From Euzebya sp. (GTDB lineage: Bacteria; Actinomycetota; Nitriliruptoria; Euzebyales; Euzebyaceae), in contig NZ_CAXQBR010000030.1 of the NCBI RefSeq assembly GCF_964222135.1, positions 29,460-53,459 on the forward strand: a DNA stretch of 24,000 nucleotides, written 5' to 3'. Shown here piece by piece: positions 1 through 6,151 of the stretch. The translations under genes were made by a program, and so were the position numbers. Below the pieces are notes generated by a model, which did not search any database, was not told the DNA's origin, and was given only the letters and a program-made list of their open reading frames with translations. Position 1 is the stretch's first letter. The number at the start of each line of letters is the position of its first letter.

Positions 1-165
1 ATGGTTCCGCTCCACCTGGTCGGCGTCCTCGTGGATGGCGATCACGTGCGCCCGGCCGCGGCGCTCATGCACGGCGCGCAGTCCCGCCGGCAGCGCACCG
101 AACAGCACGATGACGTTCCGCCGTCCACGCAGCTCGCGCCACGGGTTCCACTGCTCCTCGTCCAC
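1..165 (-). CDS. Hypothetical protein, N-terminal part only (gene runs off the left edge), co-oriented downstream of the repressor
   Basis: Open minus-strand frame with no stop in the window, so it is absent from the ORF track. From GTG at 165-163 it reads VDEEQWNPWRELRGRRNVIVLFGALPAGLRAVHERRGRAHVIAIHEDADQVERNH... A purine-rich GAGGAGGGGGAAGG sits just upstream of the GTG. There is no other ATG/GTG/TTG in this frame between 166 and 288. GC3 does not separate it from the antisense ORF 1..288(+), so the strand call rests on the RBS, co-orientation with the repressor, and avoiding a 59-nt convergent overlap. Confidence 0.4.
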   Translation of the reverse strand, partial: MDEEQWNPWRELRGRRNVIVLFGALPAGLRAVHERRGRAHVIAIHEDADQVERNH

Positions 166-229
166 CGGGCCTTCCCCCTCCTCGATCGGCTCCCCACCGT
201 GCCATCGAGGTGTGACAATGCCGGTCCGC

Positions 230-886
230 CTACTCCCCCACGTCGGGATCGTCGGGATCCAGACCCTGCTGGCGCAGCATCTCGGTGATCATCGTTCGCG
301 CCAGGCGGCGGTTCGCCGGTGTCAAGCGTCCGAACGCGGTCATCTCTCCCGCAGCGGCGTCGTCCTCCGTGAACTCCCACACCGCGATCCAGACGGGCAG
401 CGGGCGGTCGGCAATCCGGAGGCGCTCCGGGTCGAACCCATAGGCGCTGGCAAGATCCTGGAGATCTCGGTCCCGTTCAGCAACGATGACGTCCGGCCAC
501 GTCCCAACCGGGTGCAACCCCTTGTCGTGGGCGAGGCGCATCATCTGCCCTGCTGCGTCGTTCTCCTTCACCAGGCGGTTCTTGCGGTCCGGAGGCGTCC
601 GCATGTCCACAAGCAGGTACTTGCCGTCGCCGAGATCGATCTCCAGATCGACTCCCGTCCATCCACGGCCCGGCCGCTGGATGTATCCGGCGGCCTCTGC
701 CAGCGTCCCCGGCTCGAGACCAAGGACCTGTTCGATCTGGCCGAGTCGCTTCCCGCGGGGCGCGTTGCGGTCGTTCTCCCAGTCGCTGACGGTCGACTGG
801 TGGACGCCGAGCTGCTCGGCCAGCCACCGCTGATCGCGGCTGCCTCGAGCCTCGCGAATCGCCTTCCCGATCGACATGTCTGACAC
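230..886 (-). CDS. XRE-family helix-turn-helix regulator, CI-like phage repressor candidate
   Basis: 218-aa ORF with an N-terminal Cro/C1-type HTH (IGKAIREARGSRDQRWLAEQLGVHQSTVSDWENDRNAP). It is divergent from a second HTH gene across a repeat-bearing spacer. The start is GTG 886 or ATG 877; there is no clear SD, so the mRNA may be leaderless. I cannot recognise an S24/LexA-type Ser-Lys signature in the C-terminal ~150 aa. Confidence 0.8.
   Translation of the reverse strand: MSDMSIGKAIREARGSRDQRWLAEQLGVHQSTVSDWENDRNAPRGKRLGQIEQVLGLEPGTLAEAAGYIQRPGRGWTGVDLEIDLGDGKYLLVDMRTPPDRKNRLVKENDAAGQMMRLAHDKGLHPVGTWPDVIVAERDRDLQDLASAYGFDPERLRIADRPLPVWIAVWEFTEDDAAAGEMTAFGRLTPANRRLARTMITEMLRQQGLDPDDPDVGE
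776..820. repeat. Left arm of a 45-bp perfect inverted repeat (inside the repressor HTH codons)
   Basis: CTCCCAGTCGCTGACGGTCGACTGGTGGACGCCGAGCTGCTCGGC is the exact reverse complement of 1185-1229. Identity ends at 775/1230 and at 821/1184. Confidence 0.95.
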
Positions 887-925
887 CAGACTGCGGCATG
901 ACGCTCCGAAACACCCACGCGGTGG

Positions 926-946
926 TATGGGTTTCGCGGTAGTCCC
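926..946 (+). promoter_or_regulatory. Candidate operator repeat R1
   Basis: TATGGGTTTCGCGGTAGTCCC is one of three ~21-bp direct repeats in the divergent intergenic region. Confidence 0.45.
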
Positions 947-955
947 CTGTAACGC

Positions 956-977
956 GTAGTTCCACGCGGGGAACTAC
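956..977. promoter_or_regulatory. Perfect palindrome GTAGTTCC-N6-GGAACTAC, a candidate dimer-binding operator
   Basis: 8-bp arms at 956-963 and 970-977. A related half-site, GTAGTCCC, lies at 940-947. The palindrome sits in the middle of the switch spacer. Confidence 0.4.
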
Positions 978-1004
978 CCGTTGGGACGTAGGCCCCGCCT
1001 GGTA

Positions 1005-1047
1005 TATGGGATTTGGGGTAGACACATATGGGTTTCTCGGTTTACCA
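1005..1047 (+). promoter_or_regulatory. Candidate operator repeats R2 (1005-1025) and R3 (1027-1047)
   Basis: R2 is TATGGGATTTGGGGTAGACAC and R3 is TATGGGTTTCTCGGTTTACCA. Their starts are 22 bp apart and they overlap the predicted rightward promoter. Confidence 0.45.
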
Positions 1048-1048
1048 T
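1019..1048 (+). promoter_or_regulatory. Candidate rightward (early lytic) promoter giving a leaderless Cro-like mRNA
   Basis: -35 TAGACA (1019-1024), an 18-nt spacer, then -10 TACCAT (1043-1048, fits TANNNT). This places the predicted TSS 7-8 nt downstream, at the ATG at 1056. There is no SD upstream of that ATG. Confidence 0.35.
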
Positions 1049-1055
1049 CGGCGGC

Positions 1056-1325
1056 ATGCCATGGGCGACCACCACCGAGCTGCCAGGAAGCGCCAGCGAG
1101 CGCACCCTGGCCCTCACCGTCGAGGAGCTGTGTGAGCAGCTGCCCGCCATCCGCGAGGTGCTGCACCTCCGCCAGGTCGACCTCGCCGAGCAGCTCGGCG
1201 TCCACCAGTCGACCGTCAGCGACTGGGAGCGCCGGGACTCGCCCGCGATTCCGTCGCGTCACAACGAGCGGCTCCTGCGTCGCTTCCTGGCTGAGGCATT
1301 CATGCGAGAGGCGGTGGCAGCGTGA
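1056..1325 (+). CDS. XRE-family HTH protein, Cro-like early regulator candidate
   Basis: In frame with track ORF 981..1325. ATG 1056 is chosen because 981-1055 carries the operators and promoter. HTH: LPAIREVLHLRQVDLAEQLGVHQSTVSDWERRD. It is small (89 aa) and divergent from the repressor. Confidence 0.75.
   Translation: MPWATTTELPGSASERTLALTVEELCEQLPAIREVLHLRQVDLAEQLGVHQSTVSDWERRDSPAIPSRHNERLLRRFLAEAFMREAVAA
1185..1229. repeat. Right arm of the 45-bp perfect inverted repeat (inside the Cro-like HTH codons)
   Basis: GCCGAGCAGCTCGGCGTCCACCAGTCGACCGTCAGCGACTGGGAG encodes AEQLGVHQSTVSDWE in frame. The same 15 aa are encoded by the left arm in the repressor. Confidence 0.95.
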
Positions 1326-1588
1326 CCGCTCCGGCCACCCCACTCGACGAGGCGGTGTCGCAGCTGTCGGCGGCGCTGCTCGAGCAGGCCCGCGCCCAGG
1401 CGGCCGCGAACCCGGTCGGTGACGACGACGTCCTCGTTGGGCTGAACCGGATCGCCCGGCACCTGTCGATGTCGGCGACCACCGTCACCCAGCTCGCCGA
1501 GTCCGGCGAGCTGCCGGCCCGGAAGGTCGGCACCCGCTGGCGCGCATCGAAGCGGGCCCTGTCGGTGTGGTTGGAGGGCGACCGGTGA
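1322..1588 (+). CDS. Excisionase-family / MerR-like HTH DNA-binding protein
   Basis: GTG start overlaps the upstream stop (GTGA). The C-terminal half, LVGLNRIARHLSMSATTVTQLAESGELPARKVGTRWRASKRALSVWLEG, matches the usual Xis/HTH_17 pattern (HTH followed by G-x-W-x-F/A...W). Confidence 0.65.
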   Translation: MTAPATPLDEAVSQLSAALLEQARAQAAANPVGDDDVLVGLNRIARHLSMSATTVTQLAESGELPARKVGTRWRASKRALSVWLEGDR

Positions 1589-1800
1589 CCCCCTCTCCCA
1601 CCGCCACCGCTGCGGCGCCGGTGACGCCGGACGTGACGCGCCGGTCGGACACGCCTCGTCGGCGGTTGGCCCGCAAGGTCGGCCCGGGCGAGGGCACCGC
1701 CGAGCTGCTCCCCATGGTCCACCCGCGCTGCCTCGGCGGCGGGCCGGGGCGTCGGGACGGCTTCTACGAGTCCGGGCCACCGCGGCCCTGGCCCGACTGA
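1585..1800 (+). CDS. Possible small Pro/Arg-rich hypothetical protein
   Basis: GTG at 1585 forms a GTGA overlap with the upstream stop. Third-position GC is very high across the frame. The sequence is low-complexity with no recognisable domain. Confidence 0.35.
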   Translation: MTPSPTATAAAPVTPDVTRRSDTPRRRLARKVGPGEGTAELLPMVHPRCLGGGPGRRDGFYESGPPRPWPD

Positions 1801-1944
1801 CCACCTGACCGCGACCCCCCGGCTCTCCCGCCGGGCCGGGGCGTCGCGATGGGTCGCTCGACGTACTCCCCCCCGCGTCGGGCGGCCCATCGGGACGCAC
1901 ACCCCGCGGACCACCGACCGCCTGCCAGACCCCATGGAGGACTG

Positions 1945-2319
1945 TTGAGCACCACCCGCACCCCCGACCGCATCGAGGCGCGGCCCGCTGAGGCCGTCCT
2001 CCACGAGATCGACGGCGGCCGTCTGCTGGACGACCTGTCGGAGATGATCCGCGACACCGCGGAGGCCTGCCAGACCTTCGAGAAGGTCGGCACCGTCACC
2101 CTCGTCGTCAAGTTCGCCCCGAACGACGACGGCGAGACCCTCATCGTCACCCCGGAACTGAAGGCCAAGGCCCCGCAGGCACCCCGCAAGTCGCGGACGT
2201 TCTTCATGGGCGACGACGGCCTCCGCCGTGACAACCCCGCCCAGGGCCGCCTCGACGGCTTCGACGAGGACGACCAGCCGCGCGCCGGCCGGATCGCCCC
2301 CAAGGACGGCCAGTCGTGA
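1945..2319 (+). CDS. Hypothetical early phage protein
   Basis: In frame with track ORF 1849..2319. TTG 1945 is preferred because GGAGGA (1936-1941) lies just upstream. It is coupled to the next gene by a GTGA overlap. No domain recognised. Confidence 0.6.
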   Translation: MSTTRTPDRIEARPAEAVLHEIDGGRLLDDLSEMIRDTAEACQTFEKVGTVTLVVKFAPNDDGETLIVTPELKAKAPQAPRKSRTFFMGDDGLRRDNPAQGRLDGFDEDDQPRAGRIAPKDGQS

Positions 2320-3158
2320 CCGCCGCCGAGCGCACCGAGAACGACGCCGTCGCCGAGCTGGCCGCCGCGGCGACCGACCCGATGCTCATCGTCGAGGAAG
2401 CTGTCCTGTCCCGGCTGGTCCCGGACGGGTTCCGGCTCGAGACCATCGACGGCGAGCACCTCGCCGACCACCCCCGCCGGGCCCGCGGCACCGCCGCCTT
2501 CGTCGACCCGGCCTCGTTCATCGCCTACATCGGGCGTCACCTCGACGACGACGCCACCACCCTGTGGGGCGACTGGCGCGACCTGTCCATGACCGCGGTG
2601 TTCAACGACGACGAGCCCCTCGACGGGGTCGACCACCCCGCCGGCTGGCGTGACCACCGGGCCGTCCTCAACCTCCGCACCACCGAGGAGTGGGACGACT
2701 GGACCGCCGCCGACCGGAAGCTGATGTCCCAGGTCGACTTCGCCTCGTTCATCGAGGACCACGTCGACGACATCACCGATCCGCCGGCCGCCGACATGCT
2801 CGAGCTGGCCCAGACCTTCACCGCCACGGAGAACGTCCAGTTCTCACAGGCCGTCCGGCTGTCCGACGGCTCCGGTGAGCTCCGCTACACGAGCGACATC
2901 GAGGCGGGGGCCGGCCGGTCCGGTGACCTGCACGTCCCCCAGACCTTCGAGCTGACCATCCGGCCGTTCGAGGGGGCCGAGCCCAAGACGGTCCGGGCGC
3001 GGCTGCGCTGGCGGATCCGCAACCAGCAGCTCGCCATCGGCTTCCAGCTGATCGGCCCCCGCCGCGTCCTCCAGGACGCCTTCGAGCAGGTCGCCGACGA
3101 GGTCCACACCGGAACCGGCCTGGACATCTACGCGGGCACCGCCCCCGCCGCCCGCTGA
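2316..3158 (+). CDS. DUF2303 / YfdQ-family protein
   Basis: 280 aa. The segments ASFIAYIGRH and QVDFASFIEDHVDDITDPPAADMLELAQTFTATENVQFSQAVRLSDGSGELRYTSD, plus the C-terminal RLRWRI block, match my recollection of the YfdQ (Rac prophage) family layout. Confidence 0.6.
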   Translation: MTAAERTENDAVAELAAAATDPMLIVEEAVLSRLVPDGFRLETIDGEHLADHPRRARGTAAFVDPASFIAYIGRHLDDDATTLWGDWRDLSMTAVFNDDEPLDGVDHPAGWRDHRAVLNLRTTEEWDDWTAADRKLMSQVDFASFIEDHVDDITDPPAADMLELAQTFTATENVQFSQAVRLSDGSGELRYTSDIEAGAGRSGDLHVPQTFELTIRPFEGAEPKTVRARLRWRIRNQQLAIGFQLIGPRRVLQDAFEQVADEVHTGTGLDIYAGTAPAAR

Positions 3159-3174
3159 CCTCCATGCCCGCGAC

Positions 3175-3204
3175 CCCAGCCCGTTCCGCCCCCCGTGGGC
3201 TGGG
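3175..3204 (+). terminator. GC-rich hairpin after the DUF2303 gene (weak terminator candidate)
   Basis: CCCAGCCC (3175-3182) pairs with GGGCTGGG (3197-3204) around a 14-nt loop. There is no U-tract. It lies in a 200-bp intergenic gap before a gene with a good RBS. Confidence 0.25.
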
Positions 3205-3360
3205 CGCCGCGTTCACCTCACCGGTCCGGTCCGCGTCTGGGAGGACGCCGAGCCGGTGGGGTGAACGGGACGCAACCGCGGACCCCGCAGACGACGAGAC
3301 GCCGACCAGGGCTGCAACCCGACGGCCGACGTCTCACCGCATTCGCACAGGAGACGGTAC

Positions 3361-4005
3361 ATGACCTCCACCATCACCCCCGACAGCTTGGGCACGGCCG
3401 CGTCCCGGCGGCCGACCCGCGACGAGCTCGCCCAGCAGATCTTCGAGCAGGTCCGCGACGCCACCGGCGACGCTCGCCACGAGCGGCTGGTCGATCTCAT
3501 CGGCGACGCGCTGCCGGCCGGCTACCTGCCCGACGCCGACGACGACCGGTTCATCCGCTGGTCCGCCCACGGCGACTTCGACGCGGTCGCCGGGCTGATC
3601 CGGCTGCTGCAGCTCCCCAGCGTCTACCGGCGGGTCCGCTGCTGTGACGACCCGACGCCGGAGGCGACCTGGGGACTCGGCACGTTCCACACCGCCTACA
3701 TCACCGTGTGGTGCACCCGCTGCCACGCCGACCTGCTCAGCCTGGCGCCGCCGCAGGGCTGCGGCCATGCGGTCCCGCCGGTGCAGGTCGACCACGACCG
3801 CTGGCTGGCCCGGCTCGTCGGGATGCTCGAGCTGTCGCTGCGCCACCTCGACGACGACCCGGAGCTGACCGACACCCACCGCAAGGTGGCCGCCGAGATG
3901 GTCCGTGAGGCCCTTGGCGACTACTCGACGCTGCGCGCGCAGGAGGCCGCCGTCGCGGCGATCGCCGCCGCCCCGTGCGTCATCTGCACCGAGGCGGCGG
4001 CGTGA
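3361..4005 (+). CDS. Hypothetical protein (Cys-containing)
   Basis: ATG preceded by AGGAGA. 214 aa with high GC3. Contains CC...CxxC...C.H spacing (VRCCDD...WCTRCHAD...GCGH). No domain recognised. Confidence 0.7.
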   Translation: MTSTITPDSLGTAASRRPTRDELAQQIFEQVRDATGDARHERLVDLIGDALPAGYLPDADDDRFIRWSAHGDFDAVAGLIRLLQLPSVYRRVRCCDDPTPEATWGLGTFHTAYITVWCTRCHADLLSLAPPQGCGHAVPPVQVDHDRWLARLVGMLELSLRHLDDDPELTDTHRKVAAEMVREALGDYSTLRAQEAAVAAIAAAPCVICTEAAA

Positions 4006-4235
4006 AGCTGCTCCGCAAGGTCAAGGTCGTCGACCGGGCCGGGCTGGTCGCGCTGGCCAACGAGATCGTGCAGGACGGCAACAGCCGCCGGTGGCGCGGC
4101 CACGGCCCCCACGTCGTCTGCCCGATGGCGCCGCCCGTCACGAGCTGGCGGCGGGCCGCGGCGATCGTCCGCCACCACCACCCCGAGCTGGCCGACCAGG
4201 TCCGCGCCGTCTGCAAGCACAAGGCGGTGGTCTGA
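4002..4235 (+). CDS. Hypothetical protein
   Basis: GTG 4002 forms a GTGA overlap with the upstream stop and is in frame with track ORF 3975..4235. Confidence 0.6.
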   Translation: MKLLRKVKVVDRAGLVALANEIVQDGNSRRWRGHGPHVVCPMAPPVTSWRRAAAIVRHHHPELADQVRAVCKHKAVV

Positions 4236-4236
4236 C

Positions 4237-4530
4237 ATGGCGAACCTCGGCAAGTCCGTGCTCGGCCACCGCATCGAGGTCGTGATCAAGGGCGAGCGCG
4301 GCCAGTCCGTCACCGGCGTCCCCATCCACGTCGGCCTCGGCGGCATCGTCCTCGACGTCGTCGACGACGACCGGCAGCCCTGGCACATCGCCGCGGCCGA
4401 CGTCGCCCGGTGGCGGCTCGACTGCACCTGCATCCTCACCCAGCTCCCCCCGGACGGCTGGTCCTGCCCGGAGCTGGCCGGCCCCGAGCAGCGGCTGCTG
4501 CTCCGCGTCGCCGACGAGGTCGCAGCATGA
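4237..4530 (+). CDS. Hypothetical protein
   Basis: ATG lies 1 nt after the upstream stop. 97 aa. The beta-rich N-terminal half (GHRIEVVIKGERGQSVTGVPIHVGLGGIVLDVV) may be a small barrel fold, but that is a guess. Confidence 0.65.
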   Translation: MANLGKSVLGHRIEVVIKGERGQSVTGVPIHVGLGGIVLDVVDDDRQPWHIAAADVARWRLDCTCILTQLPPDGWSCPELAGPEQRLLLRVADEVAA

Positions 4531-5267
4531 GCGGCTGGGCACCGACCGACGGCGAGGTCCTCGACGGCCGCATCGTCGCCCTCGACGTGGGCACGTCGAA
4601 GCAAGACGGCGAGCCGTACCCCCTCGTGGTCCTCCAGACCGACGACGGCGACGAGATCACCGTCCACGGTCACCACCGCGTGCTGAAGGAGGAGCTCGCC
4701 AAGCGCGCCCCCCGCGTCGGCGACCAGCTGCGCATCACCTACCTGGGCAAGCGGACCCCGGAGGGCGGTGGCCGCTCGTACGCCGCGTACCGGGTGGAGG
4801 GCGGCTCGAACCCGTTCACCTGGAACCTGTTCCGGGATCCCGACGACCAGCTGCCCGACGAGCACGCCACCGGCCAGCCCCTCGAGTCCGAGGGTGCGAC
4901 CTCGGACCGGCCCGCGGATCCCGTCCCGCAGGGCCAGCCCGCCCCCGACACCACTCCCGCCGGTGCGGGGGCGGGCACCCCCACCACCACGCCGCCCGAG
5001 CCGGCGGCCGGGCAGGTCGACACCCGCGACGTCATCGCCCCTGCCGACCAGGTCGCCATCCAGAAGCTGCTCGAGGCGGCCAAGCGCGTCTCGAAGATCT
5101 GGGAGGCGAAGCTGCGGCACCGCCTCAACCAGCGCGCCGCGGGCCCGTGGGAGACACATCTGACCGCGGAGGCCGGCCGTGAGGCGCTCTACTGGCTGAA
5201 GGCGGAGGTCGCCGAGGACGTCGCCGTCGACCGGGTCCTCGGTCACGTCGGGGGGCGAGCCGGATGA
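4527..5267 (+). CDS. Hypothetical protein: N-terminal beta-rich domain, Pro/Thr-rich linker, helical C-terminus
   Basis: ATG 4527 (ATGA overlap) is in frame with track ORF 4410..5267. The N-terminus, GEVLDGRIVALDVGTSKQDGEPYPLVVLQTDDGDEITVHGHHRVL, is OB-fold-like by eye only. There is no SSB acidic tail. Confidence 0.65.
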   Translation: MSGWAPTDGEVLDGRIVALDVGTSKQDGEPYPLVVLQTDDGDEITVHGHHRVLKEELAKRAPRVGDQLRITYLGKRTPEGGGRSYAAYRVEGGSNPFTWNLFRDPDDQLPDEHATGQPLESEGATSDRPADPVPQGQPAPDTTPAGAGAGTPTTTPPEPAAGQVDTRDVIAPADQVAIQKLLEAAKRVSKIWEAKLRHRLNQRAAGPWETHLTAEAGREALYWLKAEVAEDVAVDRVLGHVGGRAG

Positions 5268-5797
5268 CCGCCACGTCGATCCCTGACCGTCTCGTGGCCG
5301 AGTGCATCGAGGCCGGCCAGCATCTGCGCGCGACCCGCCGGTTCGCCGGTGAGCCGTTCGACCGCTGCCACGGCTGCGGCCAGCCGGTCATCGTCGAACC
5401 CGCGCCGGGCTGGCAGGACCGCGGGCTGTGCACGACCGGTGACCCGGACATGTTCTACCCGGAGGCCGGCCAGCAGGAGCTCGCCGACCGCGCCGTCGAC
5501 ATCTGCGCCGGCTGCCCCGTCATCGTCGAGTGCGGCGCCTACGCGCTCCTCCACGAGCCCGTCGGCGTCTGGGGTGGCATGACCGCCCCCGAACGGCGTG
5601 CCATCCGCCGGCAGCTCGGCATCACCGTCGACGTGCCCGGCGGCCTCCGCGCCTCCCGGCTCGCCCGCAACGGCCGGGTCCGCCAGCTCGCCGCCGCCGG
5701 CTGGACCGCCGGGGAGATCGCCGCCGAGCTCGACATCAGCGACCGGGAGGTTCACCGGATCCTCCGCGACCGTGACGACCAGGCGGACGCGGCGTGA
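5264..5797 (+). CDS. WhiB-like (Wbl) Fe-S regulator fused to a C-terminal HTH
   Basis: Cys pattern C55...CAGCPVIVEC (C-x2-C-x5-C) followed by GVWGGMTAPERRAIRR is the Wbl signature. The C-terminus, RQLAAAGWTAGEIAAELDISDREVHRILRDR, looks like a sigma70-region-4/LuxR-type HTH. ATGA overlap with the upstream gene. Confidence 0.8.
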   Translation: MTATSIPDRLVAECIEAGQHLRATRRFAGEPFDRCHGCGQPVIVEPAPGWQDRGLCTTGDPDMFYPEAGQQELADRAVDICAGCPVIVECGAYALLHEPVGVWGGMTAPERRAIRRQLGITVDVPGGLRASRLARNGRVRQLAAAGWTAGEIAAELDISDREVHRILRDRDDQADAA

Positions 5798-5875
5798 TCT
5801 GGGCTGCCATCTCCGACATCGCCGGCGCGGTCGTCGTCCTGGCCGCCGAGATGACCGCGACCGTGAGGAGGGCGC

Positions 5876-6151
5876 GTGGACACGCGCGAGTGCGTCCGCT
5901 GCCACCAGCAGCGGCCCGTGAAGGACTTCAAGCGGACCGGCGCCGGGGTGAAGAAGACCTGCGACCCCTGTGTGATCGCGAAGCGGGCCGCGACGAACGC
6001 CGCGAAGAAGGCGGCAGCCCAGGCGGTCGACTGGCTCGACGCGACCGCCCGCGGGTTCGACGTCGCCGCACTGCTCGACATCACCTGTCAGCAGTGCACC
6101 CGCGAGCCCGTCCGGGTCGAGCAACCCGACCTGTTCGGCGGTGCCACGTGA
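5876..6151 (+). CDS. Small zinc-ribbon-like protein (CxxC...CxxC)
   Basis: GTG preceded by GAGGAGG (5864-5870). High GC3. ECVRCHQQ...KTCDPC, plus a second pair CQQC. Confidence 0.65.
   Translation: MDTRECVRCHQQRPVKDFKRTGAGVKKTCDPCVIAKRAATNAAKKAAAQAVDWLDATARGFDVAALLDITCQQCTREPVRVEQPDLFGGAT

Noticed and set aside
1-288. The + strand ORF starting at base 1 (95 aa).
   Set aside because: It would converge on and overlap the repressor's 3' end by 59 nt, and it has no recognisable content. The antisense frame has an RBS and GTG and is co-oriented with the repressor. GC3 alone cannot decide between them, so this rejection is only moderately firm.
887-960. I searched for a leftward promoter for the repressor (-10/-35 hexamers on the minus strand).
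   Set aside because: I found no TANNNT hexamer at a sensible distance from GTG 886 or ATG 877. The promoter may be weak and activator-dependent (PRM-like) or lie elsewhere, so no feature is reported.
1818-1835. The hairpin CCCGGC-N6-GCCGGG after the small ORF, considered as a terminator.
   Set aside because: It has only a 6-bp stem and no U-tract, and such GC palindromes are expected by chance at this base composition.
5794-6147. N-terminal 118 codons of track ORF 5794..6582.
   Set aside because: This part is Arg-rich and low-complexity, and it overlaps the RBS-supported zinc-ribbon gene 5876..6151 in another frame. The ASCH homology begins exactly at GTG 6148, which forms a GTGA junction.
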